A stretch of 32,000 nt of DNA from Candidatus Karelsulcia muelleri (GTDB lineage: Bacteria; Bacteroidota; Bacteroidia; Flavobacteriales; Blattabacteriaceae): positions 90,001 to 122,000 of the forward strand of contig NZ_CP094965.1 in the NCBI RefSeq assembly GCF_022985615.1. Direction: 5' to 3'. The notes below the pieces were generated by a model. That model had not been told where the DNA came from, made no database searches, and worked only from the letters and a program-made list of their open reading frames with translations. The first letter of the stretch is position 1; each line of letters opens with the position of its first letter. Of this stretch, positions 8,367 through 16,806 are shown piece by piece. Both the position numbers and the translations under genes were made by a program.

Positions 8367-9782
8367 ATGGCACTGACACTTTTTGAGAAAATCTGGAATT
8401 CACATGTAATAGATACAATAAATAAAAAAACAGATATTCTATATTTAGATAAACAATTTATTCATGAAGTAACTAGTCCACAAGCTTTTGAAACATTAGA
8501 AAAAAGAAACATTCCAATATTCAGGCCAGAAAAACTTATTGCAACTGCAGATCATAATGTTCCTACTAAAAATCAACATTTACCAATTAAAAATGCTTTA
8601 TCTAGGTTACAAATAAATTTACTTAAAAAAAATTGTCTAAAAAACGGAATTAAATTTTTTGGTTTAGGACATAAATATCAAGGAATTGTCCATGTAATAG
8701 GACCAGAATTAGGAATTACTTTACCCGGAATGACTATAGTATGTGGAGATAGTCATACTTCAACTCATGGGGCTTTAGGGTGTCTGGCTTTTGGAATTGG
8801 TACAAGTCAAGTAGCGATGGTAATGGCTTCTCAATGCTTATTGCTTAATAAACCTAAAAAAATGCGAATTATTCTAAAAGGTAACTTACAATTAAAATTA
8901 GGAGTGACACCAAAAGATATAATATTATATATAATATCGAAATTAGGTACTGGAGGAGCAACTGGATACTTTGTAGAATACTCAGGTCCAGTAATTGATG
9001 AGATGAAAATGGATGGCAGAATGACTATTTGTAATATGAGTATTGAAATGGGGGCAAGAGGAGGAATAATAGCACCAGACAAAACTACTTATAATTATCT
9101 AAAAGATAGAGCCTTTGCTCCGAAAAAAGAGAATTTCTTAGCAGCTAAATTATTTTGGAAAACTTTGAAAACGGACAAGAAAGCTCATTTTGATAAAGAA
9201 TATGAATTTGATGTCTCGAAAATAGAACCGATGATAACATATGGTACGTCTCCAAATATGTGTATAAAAATAGATGATTGTATCCCAAAAAATCTCCCAA
9301 AAAACTCTGAAAATTATTTTAATAAATCGTTAAAATATATGGGCTTTAAACCCGGAGAATATTTAATAGGAAAAACTATTAATTATGTTTTTATTGGTAG
9401 TTGTACAAATTCTAGAATTGATGATCTAAGGTTAGTATCAAAAATAGTAAAAGGAAAAAAAGTTGCTAAAAATGTACAGGCAATGATAGTACCAGGATCC
9501 ACACAAGTCTTTAAACAATTAATTAAAGAAAAAATAGATCTTATATTAAAAGAGTCGGGTTTTGATTTACGTCAACCTGGATGTTCTGCTTGTTTAGGAA
9601 TGAATGAAGATAAAATACCTTCTGGAGAATATTGTGTTTCGACCTCAAATCGGAATTTTGAAGGACGTCAAGGAAAGGGCTCACGTACGTTATTGACAAG
9701 TCCATTAGTCGCAGCTATTACTGCTTTAAAAGGTAAAATAGTAAGTATTAAAAAATATATGAAAAAATATGGAGAGATTTAA
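8367..9782 (+). CDS. leuC: 3-isopropylmalate dehydratase large subunit
   Basis: 471 aa. Aconitase-family motifs GDSHT, GSCTNSRIDDLR and CSACLGMN...STSNRNFEGRQG. Confidence 0.95.
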   Translation: MALTLFEKIWNSHVIDTINKKTDILYLDKQFIHEVTSPQAFETLEKRNIPIFRPEKLIATADHNVPTKNQHLPIKNALSRLQINLLKKNCLKNGIKFFGLGHKYQGIVHVIGPELGITLPGMTIVCGDSHTSTHGALGCLAFGIGTSQVAMVMASQCLLLNKPKKMRIILKGNLQLKLGVTPKDIILYIISKLGTGGATGYFVEYSGPVIDEMKMDGRMTICNMSIEMGARGGIIAPDKTTYNYLKDRAFAPKKENFLAAKLFWKTLKTDKKAHFDKEYEFDVSKIEPMITYGTSPNMCIKIDDCIPKNLPKNSENYFNKSLKYMGFKPGEYLIGKTINYVFIGSCTNSRIDDLRLVSKIVKGKKVAKNVQAMIVPGSTQVFKQLIKEKIDLILKESGFDLRQPGCSACLGMNEDKIPSGEYCVSTSNRNFEGRQGKGSRTLLTSPLVAAITALKGKIVSIKKYMKKYGEI

Positions 9783-10353
9783 GACCAGAATTAGTCAATG
9801 TCTTCCTTTAGATATAGATAATATTGATACTGATCAAATTATTCCAGCTAGATTTTTGAAAATTTCCTCTAGATTAAATTTATGCAAAAATTTATTTAGA
9901 GACTGGAGGTACTATAAAAATGGAAAAAAAACAAAATTTATATTAAATAATCCCAAATATACTGGAGAAATTTTAATTACAGGTAAAAATTTTGGGTGTG
10001 GTTCAAGTCGTGAACATGCCGTCTGGGCAATTATGGATTATGGAATTAAAGCAATAATTTCAAATTATTTTGCTGATATTTTTAAACAAAATGCATTAAA
10101 TAATGGGTTATTAGTCATAGAACTTAAACAAGATATTGTAAATTCTTTATTGAATAATATCTTAAAATTCCCTAAGAGTAAAATAAAAATTAATTTAAAA
10201 AAAGAATATATAGAATTTAAAAAAACAAAAATAAAATTTAAAATAAATTCTTATAAAAAAGAATGTTTTCTTAAAGGATATGATGATATCGATTTTTTAC
10301 TTAATTTAAAAAATAAAATAATTAAATTTGAAAACAAACTATTTTATAAATAA
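9769..10353 (+). CDS. leuD: 3-isopropylmalate dehydratase small subunit
   Basis: 194 aa. DNIDTDQIIPARFL and GKNFGCGSSREHA. Overlaps leuC by 14 nt. Confidence 0.9.
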   Translation: MERFKTRISQCLPLDIDNIDTDQIIPARFLKISSRLNLCKNLFRDWRYYKNGKKTKFILNNPKYTGEILITGKNFGCGSSREHAVWAIMDYGIKAIISNYFADIFKQNALNNGLLVIELKQDIVNSLLNNILKFPKSKIKINLKKEYIEFKKTKIKFKINSYKKECFLKGYDDIDFLLNLKNKIIKFENKLFYK

Positions 10354-10392
10354 AAAAAAGATTATATTAATTCCAAAGCCTAAGTTAGAATT

Positions 10393-11493
10393 ATGGTAAT
10401 GAAAATTGCAGTCCTTCCTGGTGACGGAATAGGACCAGAAATTTTGGTTCAATCATTAAAAGTTTTAAAAGCAATAAGTTTAAAATTTGGACATAAATTT
10501 ATTATATCAAATTGTTTAATAGGTGCAGAGTCAATTAAAAAAAACGGCTTACCAATTACTCAAGAAACTATAAATATTTGTAAAAGTTCTGATACTATTT
10601 TGTTAGGAGCAGTAGGGGATCCATTATATGATAATGACCCTCAAATAAAGATTCGACCTGAACAAGGTCTTTTAGAATTAAGAAAACATTTAGGATTATA
10701 TTGTAATATGAGACCGATAAAAACTTATAAGAAACTATTAAAAGTTTCTCCAATTAAACAATCATTTATAAAAAACGTAAATTTTGTTATTTTTAGAGAA
10801 TTAACAAGTGGAATATATTTTGGAAAAAAATGGAGATCCCAAGATGAAGCCTATGATACCTGTACTTATAATAAAGATATAATAAAAAAAATAGCTATTA
10901 AAGCTTTCGAAACTGCTAGACAACGCAAAAAAAAAATTACTTTAGTAGATAAAGCAAATGTCTTAGAAACTTCAAGATTATGGAGAGAAACAGTAAAAGA
11001 AATAGCTCAAAAGAACCAAGATATTAAAGTAGATTATATTTTTATTGATAATGCCAGTATGCAAATAGTTTTAAAACCTAGACAGTTTGATATTTTACTA
11101 ACTGATAACATGTTTGGTGATATTTTATCTGATGAAGCTAGTGTTATAACTGGTTCTTTAGGTTTATTGCCTTCTGTATCTTTTGGAGATCATTATTCAT
11201 TATATGAACCAGTACATGGTTCATTTCCACAAGCCAAAGGGAAAAATATTGCAAATCCACTAGGTTCTATTCTTTCAGTTTCTTTAATGTTAGAAAATTT
11301 TGGGTTAAAAAAAGAAAGTTTTTTGATCAATAGGGCAGTAAATGAATCAATAAATTTAGGAATTACTACTCAAGATCTAAATACTAAAAAGTCTTGCACA
11401 ACTAGTGAAGTTGGAGAATTTTTATTTACTTCAATTTTGAAGAAAAGAAAAAGAATAATAAAAAAAAATGATAATATCAAGTCTAAAAAATAA
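10393..11493 (+). CDS. leuB: 3-isopropylmalate dehydrogenase
   Basis: 366 aa. KIAVLPGDGIGPE, NMFGDILSDEAS and GSLGLLPS. The start could instead be the ATG at 10399 (MKIAVLPGDG). Confidence 0.95.
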   Translation: MVMKIAVLPGDGIGPEILVQSLKVLKAISLKFGHKFIISNCLIGAESIKKNGLPITQETINICKSSDTILLGAVGDPLYDNDPQIKIRPEQGLLELRKHLGLYCNMRPIKTYKKLLKVSPIKQSFIKNVNFVIFRELTSGIYFGKKWRSQDEAYDTCTYNKDIIKKIAIKAFETARQRKKKITLVDKANVLETSRLWRETVKEIAQKNQDIKVDYIFIDNASMQIVLKPRQFDILLTDNMFGDILSDEASVITGSLGLLPSVSFGDHYSLYEPVHGSFPQAKGKNIANPLGSILSVSLMLENFGLKKESFLINRAVNESINLGITTQDLNTKKSCTTSEVGEFLFTSILKKRKRIIKKNDNIKSKK

Positions 11494-11559
11494 TTTAATA
11501 AAATTTATTTACAAATTAAAAAAAAATATAGATAATATTTTAATTTCACCTTCATATTT

Positions 11560-11915
11560 TCTATTGAATATTTTATATTGAATATTTTCTATTGATCTTG
11601 GAAAATTTGTAAAAACGAATATTTTCTATTGATCTTGGAAAATTGGTAAAAACCAGGAAACATAGGAGCTAGCTATTTTATATGAGCTAGCTATTTTATA
11701 TGAGCTAGCTATTTTATATGAGCTAGCTATTTTATATGAGCTATTAAGAACTGCACTGCATCAGCTATTTTAAGAACTGCATCAGCTAGCTATTTAACTG
11801 CATCAGCTATTGGGGTTGATGCAGTGTTTTTCTGTGATGAAAAGATAGACTTATGATAGACATAGACTTAGATAGACTTACTTAGATAGATAGACTTAGA
11901 TAGACTTACTTATGA
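11560..11915. repeat. Composite tandem-repeat spacer downstream of leuB
   Basis: 37-bp unit x2 (11580-11616 and 11617-11653). 18-bp gagctagctattttatat x4 (11666-11737). aactgcatcagct variants (11748-11812). cttagatagactta-type units (11846-11915). Confidence 0.9.
11797..11831 (+). terminator. Hairpin plus T-run, a possible intrinsic terminator
   Basis: actgcatca (11797-11805) pairs with tgatgcagt (11817-11825) across an 11-nt loop. It is followed by g then ttttt. It sits about 300 nt after the leuB stop, so the assignment is tentative. Confidence 0.35.
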
Positions 11916-11940
11916 AAGACTTATATAATCCTAAGCCTCT

Positions 11941-12048
11941 GATATTATTCAAATTCCAATAAAAAATAAATATATAGATTCTCTAAATGTTAGTAATGCT
12001 ACTGCTATTATACTTTTTGAAATATATCGCCAAAAATGTTTTACTTAC
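11941..12048 (+). pseudogene. C-terminal relic of a SpoU/TrmH-family RNA 2'-O-methyltransferase
   Basis: My translation in frame 1 gives DIIQIPIKNKYIDSLNVSNATAIILFEIYRQKCF...*. This matches the SPOUT motif-3 pattern (IPM..x.SLNVS.AaaI.lyE). The same frame has stops at 11887, 11926 and 11932, and upstream sequence is repeat arrays. Confidence 0.6.
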
Positions 12049-12100
12049 TTACTTAAAAAACAGTTAGTTTTTGTATTTACTTAAAAAACAGTTTTTGTAT
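12049..12100. repeat. Duplication straddling the rnpA stop codon
   Basis: ttacttaaaaaacagttagtttttgtat (12049-12076) is followed by ttacttaaaaaacagtttttgtat (12077-12100). The second copy starts exactly at the rnpA stop. Confidence 0.85.
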
Positions 12101-12469
12101 TATATTTTCAAAACAGTTTTTTAGTTCATAAAAATTATGTAGTTTTTTTTTTAAATACATGAATATAATATAATATATTTTTTTTCTTTTAAATGGAATT
12201 ATTTTTTTATTCAATTGATAAGACCTTCTCATTAATCTTTTTATTCTATTTCTTTGATAAGATTTTATAATTTGTTTTTTTGAGACGAAGAAAGCTATTT
12301 TTACTTTAAAAGTAGAAGTAGAATTATATTTAGAAGTAGAAGTTTCTAGGTAGGCTACCTTCAATAAATTATTTTCTATTTTTTTACCATTACGAAATAT
12401 TGTATTTACTATTTTTTTTTTATTTATAATCTCTTTTTTTTTTAATTTATTGTTAGTAAAAAAATGCAT
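12077..12469 (-). CDS. rnpA: RNase P protein component (start re-set)
   Basis: KSYQRNRIKRLMRRSY is the RNR-type RnpA motif. The plausible start is MHFFTNNKLKK (ATG at 12469-12467). The upstream 34 codons of the track ORF read through repeats. Confidence 0.8.
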   Translation of the reverse strand: MHFFTNNKLKKKEIINKKKIVNTIFRNGKKIENNLLKVAYLETSTSKYNSTSTFKVKIAFFVSKKQIIKSYQRNRIKRLMRRSYQLNKKIIPFKRKKIYYIIFMYLKKKLHNFYELKNCFENIIQKLFFK

Positions 12470-12510
12470 GTTTTCTATTTTTATTCTTATTATAATTCTA
12501 ATAATTATTA

Positions 12511-12787
12511 GTAGAAGTAGACAAGTAGCACTTAAGTAGCAGTAGCAATTAATTATAAGTAGCAGTAGCAATTAATTAAAGTATTATTCTTCTACTTATG
12601 AGATATAGTATTTTAAGCCTAGATAGAAAAAAAAGTGTCTTAAGAAATTATTTGGTAGCTGGTAGTTGAAGAGTGTTATGTTATGAAGAGTGTTATGTTA
12701 TGAAGAGTGTTAATTTTGGAATTTTGGAATTGAGAGAGACAAGACAACAGAGAGAGACAGACAGACAACAGAGACAACAGACAACAT
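12511..12787. repeat. Repeat-filled rnpA/prfB divergent spacer
   Basis: 24-bp period taagtagcagtagcaattaatta x2 (about 12532-12579). tggtagc/tggtagt. 17-bp gaagagtgttatgttat x2.6 (12668-12712). attttgga x2. A 55-nt T-free A/G/C tract of gaga/caga/caac units (12732-12786). Confidence 0.9.
12598..12669 (+). pseudogene. Possible relic of the prfB 5' leader (pre-frameshift segment)
   Basis: A 23-codon ORF MRYSILSLDRKKSVLRNYLVAGS* ends in TGA. The ...VLRNYL resembles the ...LRGYL that precedes the +1 frameshift site of canonical prfB. It lies in frame 1 and the main prfB ORF in frame 2, the geometry expected for a +1 shift. Confidence 0.4.
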
Positions 12788-12802
12788 TGAGAGACTGATC
12801 TT

Positions 12803-13624
12803 ATGAAAACTATTGAAAATACATTATTTAATTTAGAATTAGAAAATTTGTTATTTAAAAAAGAAGATAAATTAGGAGCTATTATCCAAATAACAGCAGG
12901 ACCTGGAGGTAATGAAAGTTGTGATTGGGTATTTTTATTACATAGGATGTACACTCGGTGGGCTGAAAAAAATAATTTTAAAATTAAAAAGGTTTATTTT
13001 TTTCGAGGAGAATTAGGAGGGTTTAAAACGATTACTTTTAAAATTCAAGGAATGTATGCTTTTGGATACTTAAAAGGTGAAAATGGAATCCATAGATTAG
13101 TGAGGTTATCTCCCTACAAAAATAAATCTAAAAGACACACTACTTTGGCTTCAGTATACATATATCCTTTAAGAAAGAAAGAAATTAAAATATCTATTAA
13201 AGAATCAGACATAAAATGGGAAACTTTTAGATCCAAAGGATCTGGAGGGCAAAATGTTAATAAAGTAGAAACTGGTGTAAGACTGATTCATAAACCCACT
13301 AATATAATTATAGTAAATATGGAGACTCGTTCTCAATACAATAACAAAATTAAAGCCTTACGTTTACTAAAAGAGAAATTATTTTCTCTCGAAATTAATT
13401 CCCAAAGATATAATCTAGAAAAAAATAAATCTCAATCTCAAGAAAAAAATAAATCTCAATGGGGGACACAAATAAGAAATTATATTATGCATCCTTATAA
13501 ATTAGTAAAAGATATTAGGACGAATTATGAAACAACTGATGTAAAATCAGTATTAAATGGTAACATAAATATTTTTTTAAAAAAGTATTTAGATAAAAAT
13601 AAAAATAAAAATAAAATATGCTAA
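12803..13624 (+). CDS. prfB: Peptide chain release factor 2, N-terminally truncated (domain 1 missing)
   Basis: 273 aa. Starts about where canonical RF2 reads ...LDIQAGSGG (here IIQITAGPGGNES.DW). GGQ is present (SGGQNVNKVETGVRL). HRLVRLSPY occupies the position of HRLVR.SPF. Confidence 0.85.
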   Translation: MKTIENTLFNLELENLLFKKEDKLGAIIQITAGPGGNESCDWVFLLHRMYTRWAEKNNFKIKKVYFFRGELGGFKTITFKIQGMYAFGYLKGENGIHRLVRLSPYKNKSKRHTTLASVYIYPLRKKEIKISIKESDIKWETFRSKGSGGQNVNKVETGVRLIHKPTNIIIVNMETRSQYNNKIKALRLLKEKLFSLEINSQRYNLEKNKSQSQEKNKSQWGTQIRNYIMHPYKLVKDIRTNYETTDVKSVLNGNINIFLKKYLDKNKNKNKIC

Positions 13625-13628
13625 AAAA

Positions 13629-13823
13629 ATGAAATTGATTTTGAAATCCAAAAAAGGGGAAGATATAGAGAAAGTATTAAAAATGTATAGAAAAAAAATT
13701 GATAAATCAGCTTTAATCAAAGAAGTAAAAAAGCACCAAGAATATATTAAACCTTCACAAAAAAGAAGAAATAATTTGATTAAAGCGAGATATAAACAAT
13801 TTCTTAAATATTCTATAGATTAA
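13629..13823 (+). CDS. rpsU: 30S ribosomal protein S21
   Basis: 64 aa, basic. IEKVLKMYRKK...EYIKPSQKRR fits the S21 pattern (..alr.Fkr...r....yeKPs.krr). Confidence 0.8.
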   Translation: MKLILKSKKGEDIEKVLKMYRKKIDKSALIKEVKKHQEYIKPSQKRRNNLIKARYKQFLKYSID

Positions 13824-13829
13824 GATGTT

Positions 13830-14795
13830 TTATTTTAGGTGATTATATAAAACATTTTTTATATTTTTAATTTCTTTCGGATTGAAAAAAGAAAGAAAAA
13901 AAGTTTTTTCTTGTGTTGGAAATTTCTGAAGAATAATTTTTTTAAAACTTAAAATATCAGATTTAGAAATAAGAATAATTTTTTGTTTTAATAATAGACT
14001 ATTATCGTAATTCTTCAATTCTTCAAGAATTATATTATATTCCTGCAGAATATTCTTACTCTCAACAGAAAGAATAATTATAATAACTTTATTATATTTA
14101 GTATGTTTTAAAAAATTAATTCCTAAACCTTTTCCTTTATTAGAACCTTTAACTATACCAGGGAGTTCCAAAATAATAAAAGTATACCATTTATTGTACT
14201 TTACTATTCCTATATTGGGTAGAGTAGTGGTAAAAGAATAATCCTTGATCTCAGTATTTAGAGCAGCTAGTTTAGAAATTAAAGTTGATTTTCCAGAATT
14301 TGGAAATCCGATTATCCCAACATCAGCATAAATTATGAATTCTAATATTAGCCATTTAGATTTTCCAGGAGAACCCTTTAAATCAAGTTTACTTCTAAAG
14401 TTGTAATCAGAATTTCCTTTACCTCCTTTTCCACCTTTAAATAAAAGTTTGTTTTTATTATGTTTATGAATCTTTAATAAGATATTGTTATTAATATCTT
14501 TTATGGTGGTCCCTAAAGGAACTTCAATTAATAAATCTTTTCCATTTGAACCATTTTTACAATTAGAACCACCTATTTCACCATTTTCTGCAAAATTATG
14601 TTTTTTATGTTTTAAAGTATTAAGAGATTTGAGTCGTTTATTTCCTTTTATAATAATATTTCCACCATTTCCACCATTTCCACCATCTGAAAAACTTCTT
14701 TTAGATCTTCTGTTTTTAAAACAATGGATTTTACCGGCTCCTCCATCTCCACTTTTACAAAAGATTTTTAAATAATCTAAAAAGTTTGATGACAT
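13830..14795 (-). CDS. obg: GTPase Obg
   Basis: 321 aa. N-terminal FLDYLKIFCKSGDGGAG and a GGNGGNGGN glycine-rich Obg fold. G1 motif GFPNSGKSTLIS. Confidence 0.9.
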   Translation of the reverse strand: MSSNFLDYLKIFCKSGDGGAGKIHCFKNRRSKRSFSDGGNGGNGGNIIIKGNKRLKSLNTLKHKKHNFAENGEIGGSNCKNGSNGKDLLIEVPLGTTIKDINNNILLKIHKHNKNKLLFKGGKGGKGNSDYNFRSKLDLKGSPGKSKWLILEFIIYADVGIIGFPNSGKSTLISKLAALNTEIKDYSFTTTLPNIGIVKYNKWYTFIILELPGIVKGSNKGKGLGINFLKHTKYNKVIIIILSVESKNILQEYNIILEELKNYDNSLLLKQKIILISKSDILSFKKIILQKFPTQEKTFFLSFFNPKEIKNIKNVLYNHLK

Positions 14796-14804
14796 ATATA
14801 TTTT

Positions 14805-16196
14805 TTAAATATGTATACTTTTTCCATAAGCCTTTTCAATAGCCTCAACTATAGATTCATTAATTGAAGGATGAGGATGGGTACTTTCTAATACGTCAAT
14901 AGGTGTAGTTTCCAAGTTTCTTGCGATTATTACTTCTGTAATGAGTTCTGTCACACCTTTTCCAATCATATGACATCCTAACCATTCACCATATTTTTTA
15001 TCAAATATGACTTTAATAAATCCTTCTGTTTCTCCATTAATTTTTGCCTTTCCTAAAGCCGAAAAAGGAAACTTACCTACTTTAATTTCAAAGCCTTTTT
15101 CTAAAGCTTCTTTCTCAGAGTAACCTACAAAGGCTATCTCAGGATTAGTATAAATACACATAGGTATATTATTGTAGTTTAATTTTTTAGTATTTAATCC
15201 CATCATTTTTTCTACACAAAGTTTGGCTTCTTGAGAGGCTACATGAGCTAATGAAAATCCAGGAATTACATCACCTATCGCATAATAATTTTTTCTATTA
15301 GTTTCATAATATTCATTAACTTTAATATGTCCATTTTTAGTCAATTTTATTCCTACATTTTCTAAGCCTAAATTCTTGGTATTTGGAGCCACCCCAATAG
15401 CAGAAATAAGGTAATCTACCTTTACTCTAATAGTAGAGTTAGTTTTTCTATTCTCTATTTCAATATTTATTTTTTGGGATTTTAAGTATTCAATTTCTTT
15501 TATTATGGAATTAGTTAATAGCTTTATTCCTTTCTTTCTAAAAGTTTTGCTAATTTCGATGGATATTTCTGTCTCTGCATTAGGTAAAATGTGGGAATTT
15601 TTTTCTACTATTATTACATTGGATCCAATAACGTTATAAAAATAAGCAAATTCTAAACCGATAGCACCTGAACCAATAATTAAAATATTTTTGGGTATTT
15701 CTCTTATTGACATTGCCCCTTTATAATTTACTAAATTGGGTATTTTAGTAAAATATAATTTTTTAGGTTTTGCACCAGTAGCTATTATTAATTTAGAAAA
15801 TTGATATTTTTTTATATTTTTTTTATTCTTTACAGTAATTGTATTTTCTTTGCAAATTTTCGCAGTCCCATATATTAATTTTATATCATTTTTTTTAATT
15901 AAAAATTCTACTCCTTTTTGGAGTTCCTCAACTATTTTCCTACTTCTATCTAAAATCTTTTCCAATTTTAATTCAACCTTTTGAACCTTTATTCCAAATT
16001 GGTTAGAAGTTTTAAAAAGTTGGAATAAATTAGCACTTTTCAATAACGACTTTGTCGGAATGCATCCCCAATTCAAACAAACTCCTCCTAATTCTTTTTT
16101 TTCTACGATTGCCGTTTTTAAACCAAATTGGGCAGCTCTGATTGCTGCCGTATATCCTGCTGGACCACTGCCAATAACTATTAAATCAAAATGCAT
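14805..16196 (-). CDS. lpdA: Dihydrolipoyl dehydrogenase (E3)
   Basis: 463 aa. GSGPAGY FAD-binding motif, redox-active GGVCLNWGCIPTK, and C-terminal THPHPS interface motif. Confidence 0.95.
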   Translation of the reverse strand: MHFDLIVIGSGPAGYTAAIRAAQFGLKTAIVEKKELGGVCLNWGCIPTKSLLKSANLFQLFKTSNQFGIKVQKVELKLEKILDRSRKIVEELQKGVEFLIKKNDIKLIYGTAKICKENTITVKNKKNIKKYQFSKLIIATGAKPKKLYFTKIPNLVNYKGAMSIREIPKNILIIGSGAIGLEFAYFYNVIGSNVIIVEKNSHILPNAETEISIEISKTFRKKGIKLLTNSIIKEIEYLKSQKINIEIENRKTNSTIRVKVDYLISAIGVAPNTKNLGLENVGIKLTKNGHIKVNEYYETNRKNYYAIGDVIPGFSLAHVASQEAKLCVEKMMGLNTKKLNYNNIPMCIYTNPEIAFVGYSEKEALEKGFEIKVGKFPFSALGKAKINGETEGFIKVIFDKKYGEWLGCHMIGKGVTELITEVIIARNLETTPIDVLESTHPHPSINESIVEAIEKAYGKSIHI

Positions 16197-16222
16197 AAAA
16201 TATCAATTTAAAAGCCAACAAA

Positions 16223-16296
16223 TGCTCACGACTGGATTTGAACCAGCATAAACTACTACCTCAAAGTAGTGTGTATACCTCTTCCACCACGTAAGC
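16223..16296 (-). tRNA. tRNA-Leu (anticodon GAG) with a deleted long variable arm (74 nt)
   Basis: The reverse complement reads GCTTACG TG GTGGAAGAGGTATACAC A CTACT ttGAGgt AGTAG TTTAT GCTGG-ttcaaat-CCAGT CGTGAGC A. The D arm is Leu/class II type (TGGTGGAA..GGTA.ACAC) and the discriminator is A73. The variable region is only 5 nt. Confidence 0.7.
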
Positions 16297-16355
16297 TGAA
16301 ATGAAAATTAATAAATATCAAATCCCCTAACTTATCAAAAGTTAGAAGATAAATT

Positions 16356-16429
16356 GGTGTGATAGCTTAATTGGTAAGAGTATCGGATTCATAATCCGAA
16401 GGTCGAGGGTTCAAATCCCTCTCACACCA
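16356..16429 (+). tRNA. tRNA with CAT anticodon (elongator Met or lysidine-dependent Ile2)
   Basis: Acceptor ggtgtga/tcacacc, anticodon stem tcgga/tccga with loop ttCATaa, T arm gaggg-ttcaaat-ccctc. G1-C72 is paired, so it is not an initiator. Confidence 0.85.
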
Positions 16430-16692
16430 CTAAAAATAAAAATGAATAGCCAATGTGTTGTGTTGTGTTAGGAAATAATGTTGGTCATTTGGAGATTATT
16501 TTATGTTACAATTTTTCAAGGCTTGGCTTTTTTCAAGGGAATAAAGAAGATAATCTTTTGACAGTGACTATTGGAAGAAAAGGAAGAAAAAAAATAGATG
16601 AGAGTTTTTTGATAAAAAACATAATTTTTGGTAAAAACTTGGTCAAAACATCCTTTAGAGATAGAATTATGGAATATAGTTTTTATTCAATC

Positions 16693-16766
16693 AGATGGTA
16701 CCTTAGATGGTACCTTAGATGGTACCTTACATGGTACCTTACATGGTACCTTAGATGGTACCTTAG
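16693..16766. repeat. (AGATGGTACCTT)6 12-bp array
   Basis: Six contiguous 12-mers. Units 4-5 read acatggtacctt. Each carries GGTACC. Confidence 0.95.
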
Positions 16767-16806
16767 TTAAATTACCTACTTTGGAATGCCTACTTTTGAA
16801 TGGGTT

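Noticed and set aside
12668-12802. UGA reassignment (code 4) as an explanation for the three in-frame TGAs upstream of prfB.
   Set aside because: rluD (787-789) and sufC (25875-25877) terminate at TGA in sensible positions. All conserved genes are intact under the standard code and use TGG for Trp. An RF2 body with GGQ is retained. The standard bacterial code fits.
16441-16692. Unique, non-repetitive 250 nt after tRNA(CAT), considered as a candidate small RNA (tmRNA, 4.5S, RNase P RNA) or gene remnant.
   Set aside because: I could not find a tRNA-like 3' end, conserved 4.5S or RNase P motifs, or a recognisable peptide in any of the six frames. It is left unannotated.
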